DNA of 64,000 bases from Mytilus edulis. Its lineage: Eukaryota. This document shows, in pieces, positions 25,368 through 38,467 of the stretch. The position numbers were made by a program, and so were the translations under genes. The notes under the pieces are model-generated. The model worked only from the letters and a program-made list of their open reading frames with translations. It was not told the DNA's origin and searched no databases. How positions within the stretch are numbered: the first letter of the stretch is position 1; each line of letters opens with the position of its first letter. The stretch lies in assembly GCF_963676685.1 (NCBI RefSeq), contig NC_092357.1:67518001-67582000 (forward strand). The letters run 5' to 3'.

Positions 25368-25955
25368 ATAAGAAGGTGTGGTATGGTTGACAATGGGACA
25401 ACTCTCCACTCAAAAGACCAAAATGACACAGAAATTAACAACCAACAACCGTACGGCCTTCAACATGAGCAAAGCCCATACAGCATTGTCAGTTATAAAA
25501 GGCCCGAAATAACAATTTCAAACGATTCAAGCAAGATAACCAGTGGCTAAATCTATGCAGAAAAAAATAACCAAAAAACAAATATTTAACTCATAAGCAA
25601 ACGATAACCACTAAATTACATGAGTCGGTTTCACAAAAAAAACTTACGACTAAGATTGATCGTAAGTATACTGAATTGTTCATAACTCACGATCAGTCTT
25701 AGTCGTAAGTTTTTTTTTTGTGAAACTGACTCCATGCTCCTGACTTGGGACAGGCACGTGCATAGAGAATGTGGCAGGTTTAACATGTTAGCGGGATCTG
25801 AAACCTCACCATAACCTTGGACAGTGGTGTAACAGTAAAACATAAGAACAAACTATAAAAATCAGTTAAAAAGAGGCTTTAGATCAATAAAAATACAAAT
25901 ATTACAAATAAGTGGACGTGGCCGGGTACATTCCAAAAACAAAAAGACACTGAAT
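25368..25955 (-). repeat. Repeat family C copy interrupted by a MITE
   Basis: Collinear with 21890-22400 except for an insertion at 25622-25732. Confidence 0.75.
25622..25732. mobile_element. 111-bp MITE with 3-bp target-site duplication (PIF/Harbinger-like)
   Basis: CAT|GAGTCGGTTTCACAAAA...TTTTGTGAAACTGACTC|CAT, with terminal inverted repeats of about 46 bp. Confidence 0.8.
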
Positions 25956-27107
25956 CTTTTTGTTCCTCGTAATCTAACAGATACAAGGTGTGCCTCTCTT
26001 TAGTAAGGAAATGTCTTTTCTACAACCCTTGAGAAGATACACAAAATACAAATTTAATATACATTGACTAACAAATACATTGGAATGGACTGGATAGGGA
26101 ATGTGCCAAAAAGACGTGAATTTATTTCTTTTAAACAAATTAGTTATGTTCTCCTTTTATCAATTAACAAGTCGCACACATAGCAGCTTCTCCTTTTATT
26201 TTATATAAGAGAAAAGATTCTAAAAAAAAAAAGTGAAAAGAAATAAAATAAAATAAAATAGTCACAAAAAAGATAGTATTATGATTGTTTTAACTGAAAC
26301 TTTTATCATGTTGTAATGTCATCTTGTAGCAAGTAACAGCAGCTGATCACCTTTTATACGAGAGTAGACGCATGGATTTTTTTTCATTTAAAAAAATTAA
26401 GCATGCATTTGTAATGTATCTTCGGATTTTGAGAATCAATCGTACTTGAGATTATTATATGGTGTCATATTTGACTTTGTATTTTTTCAAATACAACATT
26501 TGCATACACTTAATTAAAGTTTCAAAATTATGTCTAAACCTTGCATTATTTCTTTTTAATACATGTTATATATTTAAAATTCTTATAATAAATTTAATGA
26601 GTTAAGATTTTTGTTTCTTTAAAATTATTTTAAAAAAATATTTCAAATAATTTCCTGTATAATCTATTGACAGGGGTGGTAATCTCGGTTCTAATTTTGT
26701 TTTCACGTGAAATCGATTTAAATTTCCAGTTGCCATTTACGTACTATGTGCCCGGATACAAAGGGTTATAATAAATTGGTAGGGTCTTTGTTCATTTAGT
26801 GTTGTTGAATGTACAGTTTGATGGTTGTTCTTTGACAACACTGCCACTGTCACTTTAAAAAAATGATGTAGAATAACATGTTCCTTTACCTTGCCCGACT
26901 AAAAAAAACCGTAAACATGATAAAGAACGAAAAAGCTTTTTTTCTTCCCGGCATTAAGGATTTGTAACTCAATCAAGATCACCTGAGCTAAAATAAGACG
27001 TTCGAGCAGACTTGGAAATGCAAGTTCGTTCCGGTCCTTGGTTCACATATTATCGCCGTTTCCGTAAAATCAAGGAATTTTCAGTGTAGAATTATTGAAT
27101 TTTGAAC

Positions 27108-27208
27108 ATGAGCGGACGCGAGTACCACGAATATATTTAAAACAGTGAATTATTTCCGTACAATAAACAACACATTGAAATATCTTTGTGGTACTCGCGT
27201 TCGCTCAT
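27108..27208. repeat. Inverted repeat with 21-bp arms
   Basis: ATGAGCGGACGCGAGTACCAC ... GTGGTACTCGCGTTCGCTCAT, one mismatch. Confidence 0.7.
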
Positions 27209-28639
27209 AGTTAAAAATTGCTCAAACGGACGGAAAAACTTCGGATTTTCATAAAATTTACGTTTTTCATGAGAAAGAGAGAGGTATTTAATATTTTTTC
27301 ACACGGAAAAAGAAAAGTTATATTGATTTTTTGTAAGAAGAGACACTATTCTTTTTAGAAATAGCCATGTTTCTTGGATATTATGCATTCTAATTTCAAC
27401 GAAAATAGGGGGCCAGTTGCAATAGCTTATCGTACCTTGTCCTTTATTGATGTATCCTTGTTAGTCAATCGTTTTTTTCTGAACGTTTGAATTGTCGCAA
27501 AACTGATTTAAATGGCTAGTCTTTAAACAAAACAGACATTTTTTGTACATGATAGTAGCAGTAATCAAATACAAAAATAGTCTTTACTAAATCATATCTC
27601 TTAGATGATTACTTTTTGTCAAAATTTAAAAATAGACAGGCTTTTCTTTAATTAAAGTCTCGAAAACTCACCAGGCGTATTCAGATAACTGCTGTATCAA
27701 AATCCAAAAAATTGCACAAGGCTTCAAATCCTTCATTCGACATTCGTGTTGTTCTCTACCCGTTTTTTATACAGACAAAACTACTAGACCGTGGTAAACA
27801 CATGATCAAGTAAATATTTAAAGGTGGTGATCTTATTTCGTATCTCATTTCTATAAAAATAATAATATAACTATTCGGTATTTAAACTTATATCTTCATT
27901 TATTTATTTTATCGTGTTAAACATAGCTAGATTGCAAGTTTATCGCAAAATAATTTCTTCGCTGTTTAAACGATGCATTGAATATTGTCTGTCACAATAT
28001 GTCATTGCCAATTGATAGTTAAAATCATTTTAAGAAAGAGACTGTAAATTAGAAGTCATATTAGAAGAAAACTTGGACACATGATAGGTATATATTTTTT
28101 CTCTGTCACGGCTAGGCTGTGATTAATCATCCCAAGTTTTTGGTGGGGTCCGTGTTGTTGTTGTACCCCTATTTGTGACATTTTGTTCATGCATCAATAT
28201 CATGAAATTGATGCGACTGTCGTACGGGTGAATGGTTAAGCGCTATAAAACCAAGTTCAATCCACCATTTTCTATATTTGAAAATGCCTGTACCAAGTCA
28301 GTAATGAATTTTTCTCGGAGTTCAGTATTTTTGTGGTTTTACTTTTTATCACTTAAGAAATAAAAACAACTTAAAAAAACAATAAATATGTTGCGCGTTT
28401 TGTATCTAAAATCTTAATAGTTCACCAGGGTTCAAATATTTAACCAATTTATGATTTTAAATAGTCTCTAGCACTGATTTTACCAATATTCATTGCAGAT
28501 GTCCGTAATGATGCATCGTTCATTTAAGAACAACAATTAAATGTATTTTGTTGTTTATTTTGCAGATCAAAATAAAACAAAACAATTTTCGATTATTTAA
28601 TTGAATCTTAAACTGAATCATATCGTAGATAAGTAGATA

Positions 28640-29130
28640 TCGGACTGGTTTAACAAATTTGGAAATAGACAGAATCCAAGACATGTTCAATGTACCTTAT
28701 GGTATTGCTCTATTTAAAACCGGGGGTCGTATTATACAGAAGGGATCAGAAAATGTTGACTTAAATGCTGAGACAATCGATGGTAAAAATACATTTCACT
28801 CCCTGGCTATAATTGTATTTCAGTATCGAAACCAATCATCAAACGCCCACATAAGTTCCGTAAAGGTTTAACAGATACTATAGAAAGATCTTTGACGTTA
28901 AAGGATTCGAATACCAATTGTATGGCATGTTTCCATTTCGACAAGTCAACAGAGCGGTATGGACCTCCTCTTTCTTCTGATATTTTATGGGAAGATTGTG
29001 TCTTGTTTCATGGCAAACCGAGATATATCTTTCCTGTCTTTGGTATTTCTGCCACTTCTTCCAAGACAAAACTTAGATTCGATTCCATTTGATGTAGAAA
29101 GCACTGAACAAATTGTTCCATTTTGAACCG
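28640..29130 (+). pseudogene. Academ-like transposase remnant
   Basis: ENVDLNAETIDGKNTFHSLAIIVFQ resembles the DN-x-D...ET-x-DGK-x-TFH...VFQ block of Academ-type transposases. Stops and frameshifts follow. Confidence 0.5.
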
Positions 29131-30830
29131 GCTCTTACAAAAAACTCAATCTGAAACTCCGTCTGTAGCCTATGCTCCGGTTATAGGTGTCAAGTTTAGC
29201 GACATGGCAATAGTGAGGGGGGGGTGGTATGAGGGGGTTCAATCCCGGAATCCCGAGCTTATTTTTGCTTAATCCCGATTTCCCGGGCCTAATCTGACCA
29301 TATCCCGAAATCCCGATAAAATAACATGCTTTTTGGGGCAAAAACATTGATAAATGATTGCATACTGATCTATACTGTTCAAAGCAATCATTCAGTTTGT
29401 TGTGTAGTTCCTGTATCTTACATATTAACATATTAAACTAGTGAGTCTAGCTGAAAACAATTAATATAGTTTTATATGGAGACTGACACATTCCAAAAAT
29501 TCGAAGACACTGTCACAATGATTAATATAGAAATGCTAGTTTGATTTTAAAAACCGGTAAGATATTTTAGTCAGTTACTTAATTGAAGTATGATAGAATA
29601 TGTTATTACTCTTCTTTACTCTGCAGCCTTTTTGTGTGCAATCCGCAGTATTAAGTAGTTGCGTGTATACAATGAATTCAATGTTGTTTTTTTCGGTGTT
29701 TGTTTTGGTAATTCTTTATTTGTGTCTTTCCATTTAAATTTTTTGACATGAATTCAATATGGACTCTCTTTTGCTCTGTTTGTGGTACACTATTAACATT
29801 ACCGCAGTGGCTGACATTATACTGGAAATAACTTTGTAGTGCTTCGAAATTTAAGATAGTGAAACACAAAACTCAAACAATTTTGTGGGTGGCCAAAATC
29901 AGACGCTTTTTGCTTAAGATTAGTATTCAAAAACATAAATCTTTCGTTTGAATACTAATCTTATGCTAACAAACCTTGTTTCGTTCTTGTGTAATCGTGT
30001 CCATATTTACTATTTTGTATTCAAAAAGCTTCCAAAACATTTACCCAGGTACAAGAGAAACAATCACAACACAGAACACCTAACATTAAGAAACATGGAC
30101 CACACGAACTCCTAAACAAAACAGTAGTAAACAATGACAACAAAGGTGCTGCGGAAAAAGTAAGCAGTTTCTGCTCGACATAAAAACCCCGGAACATGGA
30201 CAATCACATATGAACACATCAAAGAATACAACAAACCAATACTTTGAAGAACACAAACTTCCATCTTATGTAACAAGGAAAAAATGTCGATTCTCTAGAA
30301 TAGTAAACAGTCCCTGATTGTTTAGACACTTGTGTCAGCGTGTTGATCGTATCTGCAACTACGATCATCGATCATCATCCCAATATGTCCAATATGGCGG
30401 ACACACATTTAGGGAAGTTTTAAAAAGCTGAAAGCTGATTTCTCCACTTTTACAGCTTATTCTCAGATTTTGTATTATGTCAAGAAACATCTTAGAAGCA
30501 TAGTCTTTGAAATATTTTTTCGTTCATGATGGAAAAGTAACAAAAACAATGAAAATTGAGATACAAAAATCACGATGATGATCGTAACTTTTTTTATTTT
30601 TACCAACGATGAAGGTAACTTTTATTCAAGATGTTCGTAAATTGTCCGAAAGAAGCATTTTCCGATAAATAAAGCTGTCTGGTATGCGAACAGCACTATA
30701 AATTGTGATGTTTAGCAAAGACAATCCAAAGATGTTATCAAACCAGTTTGAGATATTATGAAAATAAGTTCGATATCATTTCAACACCGATTACCTTACA
30801 CTCATGACAGTAGTTTAATTTTTATAGTGA

Positions 30831-31900
30831 TCAAAAATTAGTTAAACAACAAGATATTTTTAAGTTCCGTCCAGATCTAGACACCCCACGATTTACTATA
30901 AATCGGAGTTCCTTTGCAACTTCTGTGTTGTCATGATTATCGACAAAACCATTCTCCTCCTCCTCGTCTCGATCATATGTTTCATCATCTGTATCGTATT
31001 CTTTGTCCACTCTCTGGTCATTTGAGTCGTTCTCTTCGTTTTGCTGCCAATTGAACACAAGAGCATTCCCTTCATAGTTCTTATCCGAATACATCTTCAA
31101 AGGCAAAGTGCCACACTTGTACATAGTGGTTTCTTGTCGCACCGTCCTCTGTCTCACACATTTACCATGTGTTTTTGCCAATCGTCATAAAGTTTGGAGT
31201 CTTCTGGTGTAATGGACCGCGCGTCTGGCTTCTTTAATTTAGGTATGTCCTTCAAATAGATTGCGCTGTCAGGGAGAGGATAATAAGACGAGTCTTTAGT
31301 GTAGTAGTAAGCAGACCAGCTTGTTATTCTTTTTACACTTTCTGTGAAAATATTACCAAAATCCCGGCAATACTGCAGTTTTGATGGCAGATCTTGTTTG
31401 ACATGACTTAAGGAATGTAAGTTTTTAACAGCTGTTGTTAATTAAGCTTTGAAATTGGCCTTATATGAAGGGTTTGTTGTTGAAGTGACATCAACTAAAC
31501 TACTCATTGAAGAGTGCATCATTTGGACTGATTCCATCGTTGGCTACGATATAGTTCCATCCGCACCATTGGTGTTTCTTTCTAAAGAAGGGAAAGCTTT
31601 TACGTCGCTGATAGTTTTTGAAAGGAATTCAATACATTCTTCAATTTGAAGTATACTTTCAGCTGGTGTCTGTTGAGGTAACAAGTTTTTTTTAGATTTT
31701 ACACCGAGTGCAAGGTACAGTTTGTTGAGGCAACTCAAAAATAATACAGTTCCTTCTAAACTTGTTATCAATAGTATATACAACTATGAATAAATGTTTA
31801 AATATGTCAAAACGTGCTGGTCAACAATATGTTGTGCAAACATTTGACAATTAATTGTATGATGTTGCCTTAATGTAACATGGTCTATGCCAGATGTGTT
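30831..31900 (-). pseudogene. Decayed ORF of an unassigned family, probably transposon-borne
   Basis: Read through stops it gives TNGADGTIS*...LTTAVKNLHSLSH...LQYCRDFGNIFTESVKRITSWSAYYYT...YYPLP, then a frameshift to HGKCVRQRTVRQETTMYKCGTLP and an acidic tail. No introns seen. Confidence 0.5.
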
Positions 31901-31989
31901 CATGGATTAACTTTGGTATATGAGGCTCTCATGGCTCTTGTGTTTAATTAAAAAGCATTCTACAAACGGTTTAAAAACGAAAATCGTTC

Positions 31990-32331
31990 AAACGTCAAAA
32001 TCATTCAATCACTTAGTGGAATTAACTATTTTTGTATTCTTATAAATTCTATATATAACTTTTGGACTAGTTTAAATCTCGGGTCTATTTCTGAAATTTA
32101 TTCTTACATACTTTTGATTTTTTAACCCTGTATGCTAACATTGCCTATGTTAATTTTAAAATTGTTTGTATGCACATTGAACGACAAATTTATGTGACGT
32201 ATAAAAAAATTCTGACTTCAGACACTCAAATAAATCAATGTGTTCGTAGGTAGTAGATGTTTTTGTGTTTTGTTAAATTGTTCCTTTTAAAATTGTTATA
32301 CGATGATGACTGATGTATCCATATTTTGACT
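31990..32331 (+). repeat. Repeat family B upstream part (paralog of 41641-42098)
   Basis: Near-collinear with 41641-41975 (AAACGTCAAAATCATTCAATC...CCATATTTTGACT). Confidence 0.85.
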
Positions 32332-32574
32332 AAAAAATCAAGTGTAAATCAGGCACAAATAAACCCAGTAAAATCAGTTCGTCGTGCTTTAGTCCTGGCT
32401 AATATTCGTGAGAATGTGACTGTAATCAGGATATTGGCAAATCTTATTGGTCCAATATCTTCAGCTCCTTTCCATGGATGGTATCATGTAGAAATGTTTT
32501 AAATCTGATATTATTCACCTCTTTGAAGAGGATATTTGCTCTTCTTTAAATATTCCAAGTTATGATAAATTTTA

Positions 32575-32865
32575 TCACAGGTACCAGGATATAATTTGAT
32601 ACGTCAGATGCTACATTAGACTCATCAGTGACGATCAGATCAAAATAGTTAGAAAGTCAATCAAGTATACAGTTGAAGAGCATTTAGGACCAAAATTCCT
32701 AAAAGTTGTGCCAATTACGGCTGAAGTAATTTATGCCAAAGATAAGAAAATCCTTAGTATTTTGAATAACTAATACTTTTGCTAACAGTAAATTATACAA
32801 ATGACTATAAAATTGATATGAATATCAACACCGAAGTGCTGAATACTAGGCTGGTGATTCCCTCC
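32575..32865 (-). mobile_element. Degenerate retrozyme copy; hammerhead lacks GAAA and stem III
   Basis: Minus strand CGTCACTGATGAGTCTAATGTAG-CATCTGACGTAT. The body matches the reverse complement of 53960-54260. Confidence 0.7.
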
Positions 32866-33266
32866 TCCGATAACTTTTCAAACGGGAGATCATGAATCGC
32901 CGTTAACATTGGAAGTGCATTTATCGTCTCATTGTATAATCCGAAGGCGAAAGTGCAGGTATCTTCATGATTATCTAAACAAGCTAAGGGTGGAATTAGC
33001 CGCCAAAAAGAAAGCCAGTCTTTTGAAAATCCCCCAATATGAAAATACGTTTTTAGATCACATCCAACGTGCAATGCTTCAAACGCCAGTTTGGATGCTC
33101 TCATACTGCTAAACCAGTGATCATACTTTCCAAAGACTCTGGTTGGCAAGAGGGTAAAAACGGTTTGCTTTTCCCTTGAGGGACCTTTGTCAGTTGATTT
33201 CTTTCAAGATCTTGTTTGTACGTATAGGGAAAAGGAGAAAAAGCTTGTTATAATAACTGTGTATGC
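32866..33266 (+). pseudogene. Academ-like C-terminal remnant (nuclease end plus Cys-rich tail)
   Basis: KIPQYENTFLDHIQRAMLQTPVW...SGWQE...QDLVCT...NNCVC resembles the LPP...H..RA..Q..IW...GW...L.C.C pattern. Confidence 0.5.
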
Positions 33267-33267
33267 A

Positions 33268-34513
33268 ACCAACAATCCAAATCGCAAACAAAGTCGTTTT
33301 GACTACTTCATGAGTACCTCTGATATAGAAACATTTGTAATTTCATCAGATATAGGGATTAGTTATAGATCGGATCATTCTCCGGTACTTATTAAATTAA
33401 AATTTTCAAGCCAGATTAGAGGGAAGGGTACATGGAAAGTTAATAACAATCTTTCATAGGGAATAACTTGCCATCGGTGCACCAAGAAAGGGGAGGGTTG
33501 GAACTAGAATTGAAAATAAGAGAAAAAAATGTTAAAGGGATAATTAAAAGAGCAAAGGCAAGATGGCAAGTAGAGGGGGGGAAAGGGAAGTAACTATTTT
33601 TATAATTTGAAAAAAAAAAACCATTACACAGAAAAAAATATTCCCAAACTTATTCTGGAAGACGAATCTGAGATAACAGATCCATGTATTATTAAAAATG
33701 AACAAAAACAATTTAATAAAAAAATTATATACTAGTTCAAACCCATTGAAACTCACAAAAGCACGTTTCTTCAGCATGACAATCCTTTTATTACAAAACC
33801 TATCGAGGAAGAGATGGGTTCCTGTGAAGGACCTTTATCAGTGCAGGAATGTCTGTCTTCTCTTAAACATATGAAAAACTTTAAATTACCTGGTATAGAT
33901 GGATTCATTGTTGAGTTTTATAAAAAAAAAAAATGGAATGATATTTGAATACCACTAAGATGTTTAAATGAGGCTTTATAATATGGACAGTTCTCTATCA
34001 CTCAAAGACAGGCACTAATGACCTGTATACCAAAGGAGGGTAAGTCAAAATTTTATCAAAAGAACTGGCGACCTATCACCCTAATGTGTGTATACAATAA
34101 GATAGCTACATAAAGTCTAGCAAATAGATTTAAAAAGGTCTTGGTAAACATGATTAGTCAAACACAAAAAGGTTTTCTTAAAGGTAGGTATATAGGCGAA
34201 TGTACTAGATTTATTTATGATCTGATGGAAAAGAGTAAAGAAGACAACATTCCTGGATATTTAAAATATTGGATTAATATAAAAAAATACTCTGTATGTT
34301 TCTTAACCCCTGTACAAAAAGTAAAAATGGATTAGAAATGGCATTTGTTAGAAGCAGCTTTTATTTAATTAATATTTATATTTATATCTTATTATATCCT
34401 TATGACTTAATTGATCTTTCAAGTATTACTTTATTTCTTATAATGTGTATCGAATACTGTAGTATGAAATTTCACATGTTTCATTATGTAAAATAAAATA
34501 ATTACAAAAAAAA
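33268..34513 (+). mobile_element. Internally deleted L1/Tx1-type LINE
   Basis: KQSRFDYF, YRSDHSPV and RGKGTWKVNN (APE end); RAKARW, PGIDGF, KNWRPITL and QKGFLKGRYIGE (RT start). It then jumps to a 3' end with AATAAA and an A-rich tail at about 34492-34513. Confidence 0.8.
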
Positions 34514-37500
34514 GATATGAGACGGATTTACTTTACTGTTTCTGATATATCCATCATGCAAATTCTGTTGAATTAAAGAAGGCGACAGATACTAAAATGG
34601 CAATCACAAGCATAAGTTGAAAATAAACGGACAACTCTAAGGCTAAAAAAGAAAGACTGAGCAACATGAACCCAACCAAAAACTGGGGGTGAGCAGATAT
34701 TGCTCCACATGTGACACCCGTCGTGTTACTCATGTTAGTACAATCCCGGTGATAAATAAAATTCAGTATGTCAGTCTTGTACGATGACTTTTTTTATTCG
34801 TTTATACTTTTGTCGGTGGTTATATAAATAGCACAAGAAGTGTGTTATTGTACTATTGTAAACATTGTATTCTTGTCTTTCGTTTTTGCTAATATGCTTT
34901 GTCTATCAGCCTTTTTGTACTTCTTTGTTACATATTTTTTTTATTGTGATTAAGATTATAGAACAATGTTGACTGATTTGTGACAATTTTACCTATTATG
35001 TATGTTTTTTCACACATCGTCAATATAATGGAGTTTGATGCGACTGTCATACAAGTGAGAGGTCTAGCTAGCTTGCGGAACGTCCTCAATCAAATGCCAA
35101 AATCAAAAGCTTGAACAAATCGAACGAATGAATAACAACTGTCTTATTCCTGACTTAGTACAGGCATTTTATTATGTAGAAAATAGTGCATTAAAACTGA
35201 GTATGTTTGTGATTTTTTTTTTACCTCATTAATCTATATTGGAAAACACCCGCGACATCGCTGGTCCGTAAATGAATATAATTAAATTAAAATGCCTTTT
35301 TAAGCCTCGATTGTTAGGATAAGTATTGTCACAAATGTGCCATCTGATAAAGTCATGCTGATTATAAAGTGCACAGTTTTCCCTGTTTTTGTTTCAACCC
35401 ATCCTGTAGTCCACATAATTATGACGTCTTGGATTGCTATTTTAATTTGCGACGTCGATGTCAGGCGTCAAAGAAAAAAAATATAACAGCCTTTCAAGAC
35501 GTCATAATTATTTGGACTACCCATCCTGGTATTATTGCAACACTGTTTTCTTATCGGTTTTCTCGTCGTTGCCATCATTGACATGCTATTTTTTTACCTT
35601 ATCCCTTATTTTGGATTTAATCATTTTTATATTTTGTATTGTGATATGGCAAAATCCTATTTACTTTTTTCATATGATTTGCATAGACTGGTTCTCCTGT
35701 CTAGAAACAGGTTGGTATCACATATTTCATATATCAAGAATTGTAGGGTTCAACGCCATCTTTTTATTCGAAATCGATGTAACAGTTGTACTAATTAAAA
35801 AAAAAATGACGTCATCAAAATAGGAAAGCCGGTGTTTTCCCCGGCATGCATTTGTAACAAACAACAATAAACAAGATGGCAGCAGACGATACTGTAAAAG
35901 ATTTTAAATAAAAACTACAGAATGTCTTGACACATTAAATAGCATTAATTAAAATCAACTGTAAACGAAAAGTGAATTCAACGTTCTTGATACCTTTGCA
36001 ATTGCAAAGTATTCAATGTGCAATTAAAAGTGATATTGTGACCGTTGTGCAGGGAATTTAATTTGATATAAGTAAAATACACTTTTTTTTTTCCACAGTC
36101 TTGTTAGTTTATAACATAACTTCATTTCAATTAAGTTAAAAACAAAATTTTCTGCAGTGTCTAACTAAGAGAAGGTTACTAGTACATATAATCTATATAT
36201 GATTGAAATCTAGTATTTTGTTGAAAACTTTTGATTAATGGTTTCATTAGTGTATTGGTTTTAAAGATATATGATAGAGCTTATTACAAATAAAAGGGCC
36301 TTTAATAATAAAACTATTTACTTTAGAAGTCTTTATTTACTTGAATGTTCCATCTATTCTGATTTAGAGAAAGTTTCATTATTTTTTTAAATCAAAAGAC
36401 TGGGAAACAGAGGTCAACGTTTTGTTTACCCTAATAAAAGAAGAAAAAGTTGTGAACTTGAAAAAAATAGCTAGCTCGGAAACGATTTAATGAACACATG
36501 GTTGGTTCGTTAGAGATGAGTCAACTTACATGTATATTATATTTGATACATTGGTTTCTACAAAAGGAGGCTGTGTCACCTTTTATAAATTGAATTTGAA
36601 AATGTTTGCTGTAACAGTTTATTTTTTGTCTCGCCTCCCCCCTCAAGAGAAATTTATAATAATGTGTTGACTCTACTCTGACTAAAAACAAGATGTTGTC
36701 CAATCAAAGTTATAACAATTGCGTCAATATGCATATTTTAATAGATGATTGTATAATTGCCTAATAAGAGTGCAATACTCTATTTTATTATAAAAAATCT
36801 TAATATTATAAAGGCAACAGTAGTATACCGCTGTTCAAAATTCATAAATCGATAGAGAAAAAAAATCCGGGTTACAAACTAAAACTGAGGGAAACGTATC
36901 AAATATAAGAGATTTACGACACAACAGAGACACAATACCGAAACGTAACATATTGGTACTTATAATTAATATGGCATCTCATTTGGTTGAAATAATTATG
37001 AATGAAATGTTGTTTCATTTGACCACATTAAACATACAATGGCACCTACATTGTTAAAAAATGAGATGTTCATGTTTCTTTAACATAAAGATATGTGTTG
37101 AAATTAATGTTTGATTGTTGTTGTTTCTTAGCTCAGTACTAGGAAATAATTGGCAACAAAATACAAAACGAACATTTTTGGAGCATAGTCAGCTAGGAAT
37201 AGAACTTGTTACACCTTATAAACAAAGGAATGAAAAATATGCATTTATGACATCTTATTTAAATACTGGTGTATCAGTAAGTATTTGATTCTTTTATATG
37301 TTGACTGCACATTTTCATAGAACTTTTCAAGTAAACATTAAATTTCCCATTTTACAAAGAACGGTCACCGGAAAAATATCAAGTTAATTATATTGCTGTT
37401 GCCGGTAAAATAAGCACTACAAAAAAAATATATATATAAATCCTCATTTTTTTGTAGATCTTTTTTTTTAAAGTAATGATATTTATATATATTTTTACAT

Positions 37501-38339
37501 GGTATATGTGATGATATCATTTAAATGTGATTATGCGTTACATGGTCGATCTTCATTGTAGCAGACGTTCTACCATTCTGACATCTGTATTCATAATAAA
37601 GGAAATTCTTATATAACTTCTGGAATCTCCTGCGCGACTGACTGCGCAGTATTTAGTTTACTACAAAAGTACTAATATGTCTATGTATAGAACAGGGTGA
37701 TTATAAATAGCTGGATCCCAGTCTAATAATTTGCACCACGGCACTTTTTATTAAATTACTTTCCTTAGTTATAGATTGAAAATACAAATTATACTAAATT
37801 TGCGGATATTCAAGTCTTCACCCGTGTTTGATCTAAAACTAACGTTTTCCTTAAAAACTTGCTTTGACTATTTCTAAATATTTTGTAACTTGTATTACAC
37901 ATTATTAGAAATTGACTCCTTATTCATGCTATGGAATGGGAAGGATGAATTCGTCATATGTCTTTGAAAACATTGGCCGAACTTTTTAGAAAGCAGGTGA
38001 GATAAAAGTTATTAAAACAAAAAATTTAACCTCCAAGTTTTCTTCCTATATGCAGTAAAATCATGAACAATGCCTTCTCTAATGTTTGTGCTGTTTTCAC
38101 AAATCCTGAGCGGTGTGATAAAATATATTTCTCATCAGTAGTGGATTATCTGTTCTCAGCAAATGATTGGTCGAAGTTTAATTATGACGTTTAATTTTCG
38201 TGATTTTTTCTAAACTTCCTATTGTGACGTCATGAAAAAGACGACCATGCCTGATGACGTCACATATAAAGAACACAACTTTCTGCAAATGTTTGAAAAG
38301 GAAGAATTAAAATTATTAAAGATTCCACAACGATAACTC

Positions 38340-38467
38340 GTGTATTACGATATTTCTCCTATCTCAACGGTTAAATTTTAATTATTTTAAAAGCTCGGCA
38401 AGCCTCGTGCTTTATAACTTAAATATTAAAATTTAACTGTCTTGGGTGGAAAAATATCGTAACACAC
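38340..38467. repeat. Palindromic element
   Basis: GTGTATTACGATATTT...GTTAAATTTTAA / TTAAAATTTAAC...AAATATCGTAACACAC around a central GCTCGGCAAGCCTCGTGC. Confidence 0.6.

Noticed and set aside
35369-35823. Overlapping hydrophobic ORFs as membrane proteins
   Set aside because: T-rich composition explains them. They have no motifs, some use non-ATG starts, and three overlapping frames point to noise.
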